64,000 nucleotides of DNA, from contig OY969696.1 of the NCBI GenBank assembly GCA_963702005.1, positions 2,080,001 through 2,144,000 of the forward strand, in the 5' to 3' direction. Source of the DNA: Candidatus Aminicenantes bacterium (GTDB lineage Bacteria; Acidobacteriota; Aminicenantia; Aminicenantales; JAFGBC01). Below, piece by piece: positions 18,660-28,343 of this stretch (position 1 is the first letter of the stretch; every line of letters begins with the position of its first letter). Under the pieces are notes generated by a model. That model saw only the letters and a list, made by a program, of their open reading frames with translations. It did not search any database and was not told where the DNA came from. A program made the position numbers and the translations under genes.

Positions 18660-21600
18660 ATGTCACGCCATAAGCACGAATTCCAGACCATCCGTTCCGA
18701 AGGTGGATTGCTGCCTTCCGATCTGCTCAGGCGCATCCTCGATCCAAAAGAGAAAATCCCAGGCACACGGTCGGAAGACTATGGCCTGCCCCAAGGCGAA
18801 CGCATTAACGAGACGATAACCCAATCTTGGAATCGACTTCGCCGACACTGGGCAGAGTTCAAATCCTTAGCGCAAAAGCTGCCAGAAGGCGAAGCAGGCA
18901 CTGGGCTTACCAACGATAAATGGAGCGTGCCTCTGCTTCGAGAACTCGGGTTCGGGCTATTGCCGACCAGTCCCGGACCCGAAATCAAGGGTCGCACGTA
19001 CGCTATTAACCGGTTTTTCGGTCCGACCGCAATTCATATGGTCGGTTGCGGTCTGAGTCTCGACAAGCGCGCCGCCGGAGTCCGGGGCGCGGCTACGAAT
19101 CCTCATGGCCTGGTCCAGGAATTTCTGAACCGCAGTGAAGGATACCTCTGGGCTATCGTTTCCAATGGCTTGCGTTTCCGCATATTACGCGATAACCAAG
19201 CTCTCTCCCGGCAGGCTTTCTTGGAGTTTGATCTGGAGACGATGTTTACCGGCGAGATCTTTTCTGATTTCGTCCTGCTTTGGCTCATCGCTCATGCTAC
19301 AAGGTTTGCCGTCCGTGAAGGTGGGAGGCCCGAGAGCTGTTGGCTCGAACAATGGACGAAGCTGGCGGAAGAGCAGGGCACGCGCGCCCTTGGCGACTTG
19401 CGGGACGGGGTAGAGAAAGCTCTCGAAACTCTGGGTCAAGGCTTCGTTGGACATTCGCATAACGCCGCTCTCCGGGAGACCCTGCGCACTGGCCGGGTTT
19501 CATTGTTCGATTTCCATGGCCAACTTCTTCGTATAATTTATCGCCTTATCTTTCTATTTGTAGCTGAGGACCGTACTTTGGAAGGGATTTCCGTGCTGCA
19601 CGCTCGTGACGATTCCGAGGAAGGGAGGCTTGCTAGAGAACGATACGCAGCTCATTACAGCACTGCTCGCTTACGTGAATTGGCCATAAGCATCAAGGGT
19701 AGCCGCCACGGGGACCTCTGGCGGCAATTCAATCTCCTTGTGGGTGTCCTTTCGGGGGAGGATCGTTTCTCGGCCGCGCGCCAGAAACTCGCTTTGCCCG
19801 TCCTTGGAAGTATGCTTTGGTCCCCGGCCGCCACAGATGCGCTCAATGCTCCGGACCTGGCGGTATCCGTCGGCGCGGAGCTATCCAACGCAGACTTTCT
19901 CGAAGCGCTCCGTCATCTCGCCTTCACCCGGCAAGACAAGGTGCTTCGTCCCGTAGATTACAAGAACCTCGGTTCCGAGGAACTCGGCGGGATTTATGAA
20001 AGCTTGCTCGCTCTCACTCCACAGATCAGCGGCGACGGGGCCAAATTCACCTTTGCTGAATTTGCCGGCAATGAACGCAAAACATCAGGATCATACTATA
20101 CCCCCGATTCGCTTGTGCAGTGCTTGCTTGACTCCGCTCTCGATCCAGTTGTGGAAGAAGCGATTAAGGGCAAGACTGCGGCTGAAGCGGAAAAGGCAAT
20201 CCTTTTGCTCAAAGTCTGCGATCCGGCGGTGGGCTCCGGACACTTTCTAGTCGGCGCCGCCCATAGGTTAGCGCGGCATCTTGCCCGCGTCCGCGCGCTT
20301 TTCCAAGGCGAGAGCGAGCCCTCGCCTCTTCTTTATCAACATGCCTTACGTGACGTAATCGGTCGCTGTCTCTACGGAGTGGATATTAATCCTATGTCCG
20401 CCGAGCTCTGTCGAGTAAGCTTATGGCTCGAAGCCCTCGAACCGGGCAAGCCGCTCTCATTCCTTAACCACCACATACGCGTAGGAAATAGCCTCCTCGG
20501 CGCGACACCAGAGCTAATTGCCAAGGGGATTCCTGATGAGGCTTTTGAGCCTATTGAGGGCGATGACAAGAAGCTCTGTCAACTTTATAAAAAAAGAAAT
20601 AAAGTCGAACGCCAAGGCCAGCGATCCATGTTTTATCAAATGGTTGCGGAGCCTCAGGCTGAATACAATACCCTAAAAGATCGTGTTGTGGATATCGATG
20701 CCGTTGACGATAGTTCGTTTATAGGCATCAAGGAGAAAGAAACCCGCTACGCCGCACTCCAGCGCTCTAATGAATTCCAACATGCAATACTGATTGCCGA
20801 CGCATGGTGCGCCGCTTTCGTCTGGAAGAAGACCTCGGAATTCTTGTATCCAATTACTGAACAAGTATTTCGTCTCATTGAGGCAGAGCCGATCAAGTCT
20901 CCGGACTGGATGTGCAATGAAATTGAGCGTCTTGCGCGAGAATATTCTTTTTTTCATTGGCATCTTGCTTTCCCTGAGGTGTTCGCCAAAGACGGCTTTG
21001 ACTGCGTGCTCGGCAATCCGCCGTGGGAAGCATCCGATTTGATGAAGGTCGAATTTTTTGCGATTCTTTTGCCGGATGTCGGATCCGCGCGGACTACAGA
21101 AGATCGCCAAGTAATTATAGAAAAGGCGACCGCAAAAGATCCTTGCCTTGAGTCTCTCTGGAAAAGTGCGTTGCGAGAAAATGCTGCGCAGTCACATTTC
21201 ACTTGTTCATCAGGTCGTTACCCCCAAACATCTTCTGGTAAATTAAACACCTACCGGACATTTGCAGAACTATCTGTTTGTCTTCTGAATCGAGCTGGTC
21301 GTATGGGAGTAGTCTTGAAGTCCGGCATTATAAACGCTCAGGATAATCAAAAGTTCTTTGCTTCATTGCTTCGGGATAGTCGAATCGTATCGGCTTATGA
21401 CTTCATAAACAGGAAAGAGATATTTCCGAATGTCATCGCAAACGAACGATTCTGTTTATTGACGATAGCTGGCCCTGCGGGAGGTGTGAGCGAAGCATTA
21501 TTTATGTTTTGTCTAGAAGATGTTGAACAACTCTTGAATGAGGAGAGGCGTATCATATTTAAAAGCGGCGAGTTGCTTGTATTGAATCCAAATGACTTGA

Positions 21601-22784
21601 GTGTTCCACCGCTCTCATCTTCATTAGACAAAGAGATACTAGTGCTTATTCATAGGCGGATATCTGTGTTATTCGATGAATCCAAACAGAAGAATCGATT
21701 CAATGTACGCTATGCCCGCGGTCATTTGAACTCATCCACAGATTCAGATCTATTTTCTAAGAACTACTATGAGGTATTAACAGCAGCTGGATTGGTTGAT
21801 GAATCAGGTCGATGGGATTCTGGAAAAATACATCCTCTGATTGAAGGTAAACTCATTGGCATTTGGAATCATCGATTCGGTACGTTTCTGGGAGTTAGTT
21901 GGACTTCTCGATTCGGGAAAAAGGCGGAGGCTCGCGATCCTACAGACGAAGAACTACGTAATCCTAATTATCGATCCGTGCCTCGCTTCTGGCTATACCA
22001 AGCAGATGCTCAAGCCCTATTCACTGCGAAGAGATATGATAAAAAGTGGCTTCTCACCTACAGACATGTATGTCGAGCGATTGTTGATGCAAGAACAGCC
22101 CAAGTCTGCATATCCCCAAACGAGCCCACAAGTGACTCTTGTGCTTTATTACTATTTGATAGCGCACCGAAAGAGGCTGCTTCAGCTGCGTATCTGCTAG
22201 TCGCGGCATGGACCTCTTTTATTGGCGACTATGTTTTGCGCCAGAAAATATATGGACCAGCTTTGACGAAGGCTATCGCTTATCAGCTTCCCGCTCCCTG
22301 TATAGAGACCGTTGAGATGCATCATCGTGGCTATATCGATGCCGAGTTCATCAAGAAGAGAGCATTGGAGCTGACCTTTGTGACGTGGGATCTAGAGTCG
22401 TTTGCGAGGGACCTGGGCTTTACTGGCCCACCATTCCAATGGGATGAGGAGCGCCGCTTTCTGCTCCGCTGCGAGTTGGACGCCGCCTTCTTCCACCTTT
22501 ATCTAGGGACAGAAGACGAGTGGCGCCAGCAACCTTATGGGCTCAACAATGCGTTCCCCACTCCACGTCACGCCGTTGATTACATTATGGAGACCTTCCC
22601 CATTGTCAAGCGAAAGGACGAGGTAAAGCACAACGGCGATTACCGCACTAAGCGTGTGATCCTTGAAATCTACGACGCCATGAAGGAAGCCGTCCGCACC
22701 GGCCACCCCTACCAGACCCGACTCGGCCCACCGCCCGCCGATCCGCGCTGTTGTCATCCTCCAAGGGAGGACGGTCGGATATGA
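18660..22784 (+). CDS. Eco57I/type IIG-like N6-adenine DNA methyltransferase (DrmMI-like)
   Basis: ELGGIYESLL, RKTSGSYYTP, motif I DPAVGSGHF, YGVDINP, motif IV GNPPWE. Confidence 0.9.
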   Translation: MSRHKHEFQTIRSEGGLLPSDLLRRILDPKEKIPGTRSEDYGLPQGERINETITQSWNRLRRHWAEFKSLAQKLPEGEAGTGLTNDKWSVPLLRELGFGLLPTSPGPEIKGRTYAINRFFGPTAIHMVGCGLSLDKRAAGVRGAATNPHGLVQEFLNRSEGYLWAIVSNGLRFRILRDNQALSRQAFLEFDLETMFTGEIFSDFVLLWLIAHATRFAVREGGRPESCWLEQWTKLAEEQGTRALGDLRDGVEKALETLGQGFVGHSHNAALRETLRTGRVSLFDFHGQLLRIIYRLIFLFVAEDRTLEGISVLHARDDSEEGRLARERYAAHYSTARLRELAISIKGSRHGDLWRQFNLLVGVLSGEDRFSAARQKLALPVLGSMLWSPAATDALNAPDLAVSVGAELSNADFLEALRHLAFTRQDKVLRPVDYKNLGSEELGGIYESLLALTPQISGDGAKFTFAEFAGNERKTSGSYYTPDSLVQCLLDSALDPVVEEAIKGKTAAEAEKAILLLKVCDPAVGSGHFLVGAAHRLARHLARVRALFQGESEPSPLLYQHALRDVIGRCLYGVDINPMSAELCRVSLWLEALEPGKPLSFLNHHIRVGNSLLGATPELIAKGIPDEAFEPIEGDDKKLCQLYKKRNKVERQGQRSMFYQMVAEPQAEYNTLKDRVVDIDAVDDSSFIGIKEKETRYAALQRSNEFQHAILIADAWCAAFVWKKTSEFLYPITEQVFRLIEAEPIKSPDWMCNEIERLAREYSFFHWHLAFPEVFAKDGFDCVLGNPPWEASDLMKVEFFAILLPDVGSARTTEDRQVIIEKATAKDPCLESLWKSALRENAAQSHFTCSSGRYPQTSSGKLNTYRTFAELSVCLLNRAGRMGVVLKSGIINAQDNQKFFASLLRDSRIVSAYDFINRKEIFPNVIANERFCLLTIAGPAGGVSEALFMFCLEDVEQLLNEERRIIFKSGELLVLNPNDLSVPPLSSSLDKEILVLIHRRISVLFDESKQKNRFNVRYARGHLNSSTDSDLFSKNYYEVLTAAGLVDESGRWDSGKIHPLIEGKLIGIWNHRFGTFLGVSWTSRFGKKAEARDPTDEELRNPNYRSVPRFWLYQADAQALFTAKRYDKKWLLTYRHVCRAIVDARTAQVCISPNEPTSDSCALLLFDSAPKEAASAAYLLVAAWTSFIGDYVLRQKIYGPALTKAIAYQLPAPCIETVEMHHRGYIDAEFIKKRALELTFVTWDLESFARDLGFTGPPFQWDEERRFLLRCELDAAFFHLYLGTEDEWRQQPYGLNNAFPTPRHAVDYIMETFPIVKRKDEVKHNGDYRTKRVILEIYDAMKEAVRTGHPYQTRLGPPPADPRCCHPPREDGRI

Positions 22785-23386
22785 AAGACGCCTTCCAGAA
22801 ATTCGCCAGCCTTCCCGGCCGGATACTGCTTGATACCTGCATCCTGAACCATCTATTCGACGAGGGAGGATATATCTGGGAAGGCGAGTTAACGCATGGA
22901 GTCAACGAAGTTGACGTTGACCCCGACCTTCGAGCATTGCGCGCAATCTTCATGATCAACGAGCGGGCTTCATTTCAGTTCGTGATCTCTCCCTTGACAG
23001 TAGCTGAACTTGCAAACACGCAGGATTTCCCGGATCGAGAAAGGCGGCTTCGGTGGGTACTAGACGTTCTCGACCACTGGTTGATAATGCTCGATGACAT
23101 TGGAGATCGGGCAAGCGACGGGGGGACCGTAAGGCACCGCTTTAAGCTTCCTCCGGAACTGCAACGGTTTGAAACCGACTTGATGATCCAACCCGATTTT
23201 CGGCGCGATCCGTTCGATCGGCTACTACTTGTGCAGTATCGAATGGGCAACTGCGATGCCTTCCTTACCGTAGACCGGGCCACAATCTGGCGCCATCGAA
23301 AATGGCTGGATACCCGGGGCGTCCGCGTGCTGTGTCCGGCAGAGTTCTGGGAGGAGCTGAAGCCATGGGCAGCGCTGTGGCGATGA
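22781..23386 (+). CDS. PIN-like domain protein
   Basis: ILLDTCIL, SPLTVAEL, FDRLLL...CDAFLTVD...VRVLCPAEF; ATGA overlap with the methylase stop. Confidence 0.65.
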   Translation: MKDAFQKFASLPGRILLDTCILNHLFDEGGYIWEGELTHGVNEVDVDPDLRALRAIFMINERASFQFVISPLTVAELANTQDFPDRERRLRWVLDVLDHWLIMLDDIGDRASDGGTVRHRFKLPPELQRFETDLMIQPDFRRDPFDRLLLVQYRMGNCDAFLTVDRATIWRHRKWLDTRGVRVLCPAEFWEELKPWAALWR

Positions 23387-23622
23387 GCGAAGAGGCTAGC
23401 ATCCAAACTTCGCGAGGCGTTACGGCCTATATGCTATCTACCTTCCTCATCGTCCGCCGCAAGGACAAGGAGAAGTTCAAATGGTACTATCGCTATAAGT
23501 TCATCATATATGAGATCTGCGACCCCCTCAACGAGTTCATCCGAACCGGCCATCCCTGCCAGATTCTTTTTAGTCCACCGCCTACGGACCCACGGCATTC
23601 TCATCCTCTGAGCGAAGGTTAG
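23383..23622 (+). pseudogene. Decayed duplicate of the methyltransferase 3' end
   Basis: AYMLSTFLIVRRKDKEKFKWYYRYKFIIYEICDPLNEFIRTGHPCQILFSPPPTDPRHSHP aligns without gaps to methylase DYIMETFPIVKRKDEVKHNGDYRTKRVILEIYDAMKEAVRTGHPYQTRLGPPPADPRCCHP. Confidence 0.85.
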
Positions 23623-23626
23623 TGGG

Positions 23627-24577
23627 ATGCTTCGGATTTCTTACGAAACCGAAGGATTCCCACCGGGTACGATCCCAACCGGGAGATCAGAGCTGTCAAT
23701 AACTTGGGATGATGTGCTGTGGGCTGCGATAACGGTAGGGCGCCCAAATCGTTACTACGTGTTCCGCCATGGAGCATCATCAAGGTACGAGGCTTTATTC
23801 CGCTGGTCGTTGATAAGAATGGCGTTAGAGCAGAGCAATCCGGTCGGATCTCGCCTTCGCCGGACAAACGCCGCGAAGACCCTCGACCCGACCGAGAAAG
23901 GGGCGGTGAACTACTTCCTAGGTATGACGTTCTGCAAGTTATTTGCATGGAGGCTATTGAATACCCCATGGCTTCTTCATCTCGACGTGTTTCGGCCGCA
24001 ACTCAATCCTTTACTGATAGGGAGGTCCCGCCCTGATCTCGTTGGTATGGAATTCGGCGCTAACCGATGGCATTCGTTCGAATGCAAAGGGCGCATCAGT
24101 CCACCGGGCTCTGAAGTCAAGGCCAAGGCAAAGACACAAGCCCGACGTCTCGTCAGTGTGAATGCCACCGTTTGTACCCTACATGTCGGGGCGATCACGT
24201 ACTTCCAAAACGACGTGCTGCATTTCTACTGGTGTGACCCCGCGCCGGAAAAGAAGAATACAGTTGATATTTCTTTCATTGGAGATGCGTGGCGGCATTA
24301 CTACTCGCCGATTATGGAGATAATGAAGCCTGTAGAATTGCGGTCGTTTGTGGCAAGTACCGGAGCAAGCCTGAAAGTTGAAGGAGTAGATATCGAAGTG
24401 GGTGTCCATCCCGCGATAACGGATTTCCTCCTCAACAAGAAATGGGAGAATGCTCAGCGGGCTGTAGCTGAGGCCAAGACGGAGATTGCTGAAGCTGTAT
24501 ACCAGCCAGACGGGCTAATGGTGAAGGCTGGCGAATCATGGCATAAGCGCTTCACGGAGCTTGACTCAAAGGACTAA
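23627..24577 (+). CDS. Hypothetical protein, probable PD-(D/E)XK nuclease fold
   Basis: EKGAVNYFLG helix, then SRPDLVG...HSFECKG...AKTQ, matching the restriction-endonuclease-fold pattern. Confidence 0.6.
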   Translation: MLRISYETEGFPPGTIPTGRSELSITWDDVLWAAITVGRPNRYYVFRHGASSRYEALFRWSLIRMALEQSNPVGSRLRRTNAAKTLDPTEKGAVNYFLGMTFCKLFAWRLLNTPWLLHLDVFRPQLNPLLIGRSRPDLVGMEFGANRWHSFECKGRISPPGSEVKAKAKTQARRLVSVNATVCTLHVGAITYFQNDVLHFYWCDPAPEKKNTVDISFIGDAWRHYYSPIMEIMKPVELRSFVASTGASLKVEGVDIEVGVHPAITDFLLNKKWENAQRAVAEAKTEIAEAVYQPDGLMVKAGESWHKRFTELDSKD

Positions 24578-24968
24578 TATTTTAAGATAACCAAATATAA
24601 AATCGCCATCAAAAAGCTTACAAACAATAATATATTGAGAGAAGACGGGGGCGGGCTTAACGCTAGAGCACACTTCCAAGGATTCTAGAAGATCGGACAG
24701 TTCCTGACGGCTGGTCTTGTGTTCGACGAGCCAGCCGTTTTGGAGCCAATCTCTTAAGCTTACTGTCGTCGCCGATTAAAAATATCTTGGGTCCATTAAG
24801 GATAGACGTTAAACAATAGTGTTTTTATCGGAGTTTGGCGCGAAATCAACCAAAAATTCAATCCGCGAGGTGGATTCACGACTAAATAAGCGAAAGGGGA
24901 GTCAGGAAATCGTGGAGGGATAGGTATCAAATTTTCATTTTAGGGGGAAAAAATGACTCGGTTTCGGA

Positions 24969-25534
24969 ATGGAGGGAGCTGTGTCGAAACAGGGCGAGAG
25001 AGAAGGAGGCGGGTTTTTCGTCTCCGACGGCGAAAAATATTTACTTGATCGGCGACGGCGCCCTTTCCGGGCGAGTGCAAGTTCTTCCCGGGAAACGCCG
25101 CGCTGGCCTTGGCGATCCCCGGCGAATCGATCCGAGTCTTCAGCATCGGCGAAGGCCGCGAAGTCATCCGCGTTCCCTATGCGCGGGCCTTCCTCCCGCT
25201 TGTCGGGAGCCAAATCCTGCTCGTAGACCGCGCCTGGCTCGCTCTCTATCGGGACGGGAAGGAGGTCTTCAGGCGTTCCCACGACCTCTATTATCCCAGG
25301 CTGATCTTGGCGGACCGGGAAAACCGTAACGCGTTGATCGGATGCCATCATGAGGTCGTTCTGGCGGACATTCAAGAGGGACGCATCGCCTCCCGCTGGA
25401 AAACGCCGGCTTCTTTCGACGTTATCAGTATCGGCGGGGGGCCCGGCCTCTATTTTTCCAAGGGGAATGACGGCAAATTCGTAGTGAATGCCGGTCTTTC
25501 CGCCCAATATGCGATGACCGGGCCTCTTAGGGAG
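24969..25534 (+). pseudogene. Broken hypothetical ORF (beta-rich), cut by a family A repeat
   Basis: Coding-like sequence is split across frames (24969.. and 25109..) and the 3' part runs into the repeat at 25535. Confidence 0.35.
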
Positions 25535-25588
25535 GAATTCCTGGGACACGATACCGAATTAAGAAATTCGGTTCATTTCCCGGAATTC
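25535..25588. repeat. REP-like family A, degenerate copy
   Basis: GAATTCCTGGGACACG...ACCGAATT-AAGA-AATTCGGT...TTCCCGGAATTC. Confidence 0.75.
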
Positions 25589-25653
25589 CCAAATTTCGAG
25601 AATGAGACATCTTCTCGGTAGCGAGCGTTCATTCATGTAGGCGGTACATCGGC

Positions 25654-25756
25654 TTGACCCGTTCGCCGACGCCAAGCCCCGCCTTTCAAGGCGGGGATGA
25701 GAGGCGAGGCTCAGGGTTAATCATGACAAGCCCCGGCCTTCAGGCCGGGGAGTCGA
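25654..25756. repeat. Palindromic element family C (IS605-end-like hairpins, no ORF)
   Basis: TTGACCCGTTCGCCGACGCCA leader, then hairpins CCCCGCCTTTCAAGGCGGGG (25677-25696) and CCCCGGCCTTCAGGCCGGGG (25731-25750). Confidence 0.65.
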
Positions 25757-25855
25757 TGATTTAACAAGTGGAACGCCCGAAATGCCGTTAAATAAGCTCT
25801 ATTTGATAATTAGGGGAAAGTGTTATATATTATACGCCATAGATAGGCCCAACAG

Positions 25856-26665
25856 ATGATTAACGACGCTCATAATATAACAAGAACTCCCCTTGGAAGG
25901 ATTGAATCCTTCCTGATTATTAAAGTCGCCCATCTCCCAACTTTCTCCATCGAGGACGCCAGAAGGATTCTTGGGCCAAAGCAGGGGCGTTTTGTCCCGC
26001 AAGTCCTTGACCGGATACGAGAAAAGGGGTGGATCGAACGGGTAAAGCGCGGGCGTTTCGCGGTCATTCCTCTTTCCTCGGGAGATACGCGCACTACCCA
26101 GCTTCATGAATTCGTCATTGCCATGGAACTCGTCGAGCCCGCCGCTGTCGCCTATTTTTCGGCCTTGAGCCATTACGGTATGACGGAACAACTGCCGAGG
26201 ACGGTGTTCATTATGACCGATCACCCGGTCCGCCGTCCGTCCAAGCACTCGCTGGGCTTTACGTTCAGGATCATCTCCGTCCGGAAGCGGAAGTTCTTCG
26301 GCGTCAAGAAGGCCTGGATCAACGAACTGCCGTTCATGATCACGGACCGGGAGAAGACGATCATCGACGCGCTCGATCTGCCGAAGAATGCAGGCGGGAT
26401 CGGCGTCGTTGCCGCGGCGCTCCGGTCCCACTGGAAAGAGGTCGACGAACTCCGCCTTCGGGATTACGCGGTCAGGATCGGCAACTCCGCGGCCGCGAAA
26501 CGGCTCGGATTCCTGATGGAGACGCTCGGCGTCGGCGACGCGGAAGCCCTTCGCGCTTTGGTGAAGCCGGCTTCCGGCTACCCTCGTCTCGACCCCACTT
26601 TGCCCGCACGAGGAAAATACAACCGGCGCTGGGGGCTCCTCATTAATTCAAAGGCCGGCGCGTGA
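25856..26665 (+). CDS. abiEi: Type IV TA AbiEi-family antitoxin/regulator
   Basis: wHTH (KGWIERVKRGRF), SALSHYGMTEQLP, TDREKTIID, KRLGFLME, RWGLLIN. Confidence 0.85.
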   Translation: MINDAHNITRTPLGRIESFLIIKVAHLPTFSIEDARRILGPKQGRFVPQVLDRIREKGWIERVKRGRFAVIPLSSGDTRTTQLHEFVIAMELVEPAAVAYFSALSHYGMTEQLPRTVFIMTDHPVRRPSKHSLGFTFRIISVRKRKFFGVKKAWINELPFMITDREKTIIDALDLPKNAGGIGVVAAALRSHWKEVDELRLRDYAVRIGNSAAAKRLGFLMETLGVGDAEALRALVKPASGYPRLDPTLPARGKYNRRWGLLINSKAGA

Positions 26666-27483
26666 TCACCAGCGCTGAACTTCATCGAGCGGCGAAGAAA
26701 GAGGGACTGCGGTTTGACCAGGTCGAGAAGGACTATGTGGTTCTATGGGTGCTTTCTTCTCTCAGTAAGGCGCTTGGCGATAGTCCCAGATGGGTGTTCA
26801 AGGGAGGGACATGCCTCCGGCATTGCCATTACGCCGGTTACCGATTTTCCGAAGATATTGATTATTCTTGCCGTTCGGAAGGTGATAACGTCGCCTCGGG
26901 GGTCGAGATTGTTAATGACGCCGGGCGGTGTATAGCCGAAGAAACGGGAATGGAGATCATCGTCAAGGACGGACTGGTATCGGGAGGGGAAGAGCAACTT
27001 GAGATTCCGGTCCAATATTCGCGAGGCGGACCGCGTCGGCAGGGTCTTCCCACCGTCAAGGTCCATCTCACTTTTGATGAACCCATTCTCATCCAGCCCG
27101 AAGTCTGCAAGGTCAATCCTCCCTATTCCGATCTTGGGCCTTTTAGTATTTCCGCTTACGGCAAACTCGAGATCATAGCGGAGAAGATGCGCGCACTCCT
27201 ACAACAACTCGAGAAGTGGCCGCGGCCGCGTGACCTCTATGATCTTTGGTTCATGTTGTGCTCGAAAAGGGAAGATATCTCCCATGAGCGAATACGAACG
27301 CTTTTCTTGGAAAAGTGCGGGGCGAGACGTATTGAGCCCGATTCCAAGGCGCTGATCTCGGACAAACTCAAGGAATGGAATCGGAGCGCATGGAAAATTC
27401 AGCTGGAACCGATGATGAAAGTCGTTCCTGACTACGATGCGGTTTGGGATGATTGGATGAGAAAATGCCGAGAGATATTTTGA
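26662..27483 (+). CDS. abiEii: AbiEii nucleotidyltransferase toxin
   Basis: VEKDY, FKGGTCL, YRFSEDIDY, AEKMRAL, RPRDLYD; GTGA overlap with abiEi. Confidence 0.9.
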   Translation: MITSAELHRAAKKEGLRFDQVEKDYVVLWVLSSLSKALGDSPRWVFKGGTCLRHCHYAGYRFSEDIDYSCRSEGDNVASGVEIVNDAGRCIAEETGMEIIVKDGLVSGGEEQLEIPVQYSRGGPRRQGLPTVKVHLTFDEPILIQPEVCKVNPPYSDLGPFSISAYGKLEIIAEKMRALLQQLEKWPRPRDLYDLWFMLCSKREDISHERIRTLFLEKCGARRIEPDSKALISDKLKEWNRSAWKIQLEPMMKVVPDYDAVWDDWMRKCREIF

Positions 27484-27545
27484 ACGAGTGTTCCGAATCC
27501 GTAAGGCTCTAAGAAAAATCGGACTCAGTACTAGAGGGAAGCCGC

Positions 27546-28280
27546 ATGGCGTATGAAACGGCGATCGAGTGGACGGAATCGACATGGAATCCGGTGACGG
27601 GGTGCTCTAAAATCAGCGCCGGATGTCTAAACTGCTATGCGGAACGGATGGCCAGGCGGCTTCAAGCCATGGGGGTTGCGAACTATGCTAGAGGATTTTC
27701 TGTTGCGCTACATGAAGAAGCGCTGGATCTTCCCAAAAAGTGGCGCAAGCCAAGGACGATATTCGTCAATTCGATGAGTGATTTATTTCATGAGGGCGTG
27801 CCCGAAGCATTCATTAGGCGAGTGTTTTCCATGATGAACGGAGTGCGACAGCATCGGTACCAGATTCTTACGAAAAGATCAGAAAGGTTAACACAGCTTG
27901 CTCCGTCCCTGCCTTGGACTGAGAATATCTGGATGGGCGTGACCGTGGAGGATGAAAGGAACGTTCATCGCATTAATCATCTCCGAAAGAGCCCTGCGGT
28001 CGTCAAATTCCTTTCCTTGGAGCCTTTGCTGGGGCCGATCTCGAGCCTCGTGCTGGACGGAATCGACTGGGTCATTGTCGGAGGGGAGTCCGGACCAGGG
28101 GCGCGGCCGATCGAAGAGCGATGGGTTTTAGATATCAAAGAAAAATGCTTGGGCGCGGATATCCCGTTTTTCTTCAAGCAGTGGGGCGGCGTGAAGAAAA
28201 AGAAAGCCGGCCGCCTTCTACAAGGTAGAGTCTGGGATCAGGTGCCGGATGTTCGGATAGGTAGGGCCGAAAAGCTCTGA
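27546..28280 (+). CDS. Phage Gp37/Gp68 (DUF5131) radical-SAM-like protein
   Basis: IEWTESTWNPVTGCSKISAGCLNCYA, FVNSMSDLFH, LTKR, SLEPLL, WVIVGGESG, FFFKQWGG. Confidence 0.92.
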   Translation: MAYETAIEWTESTWNPVTGCSKISAGCLNCYAERMARRLQAMGVANYARGFSVALHEEALDLPKKWRKPRTIFVNSMSDLFHEGVPEAFIRRVFSMMNGVRQHRYQILTKRSERLTQLAPSLPWTENIWMGVTVEDERNVHRINHLRKSPAVVKFLSLEPLLGPISSLVLDGIDWVIVGGESGPGARPIEERWVLDIKEKCLGADIPFFFKQWGGVKKKKAGRLLQGRVWDQVPDVRIGRAEKL

Positions 28281-28343
28281 GAGTGCTTCGCCGAGGAGAA
28301 CGTCGTAGGCATTCCCCCGCCGGTCGGGCGCTACAGAGAACCG

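Noticed and set aside
10574-22784. Calling the operon canonical DISARM, BREX or Druantia
   Set aside because: There is no DrmC PLD or separate DrmB, no PglZ/BrxC, and no other recognisable Dru genes.
27546-28280. Prophage, suggested by the Gp37/Gp68 name
   Set aside because: No structural, terminase, integrase or replication genes are in the window.
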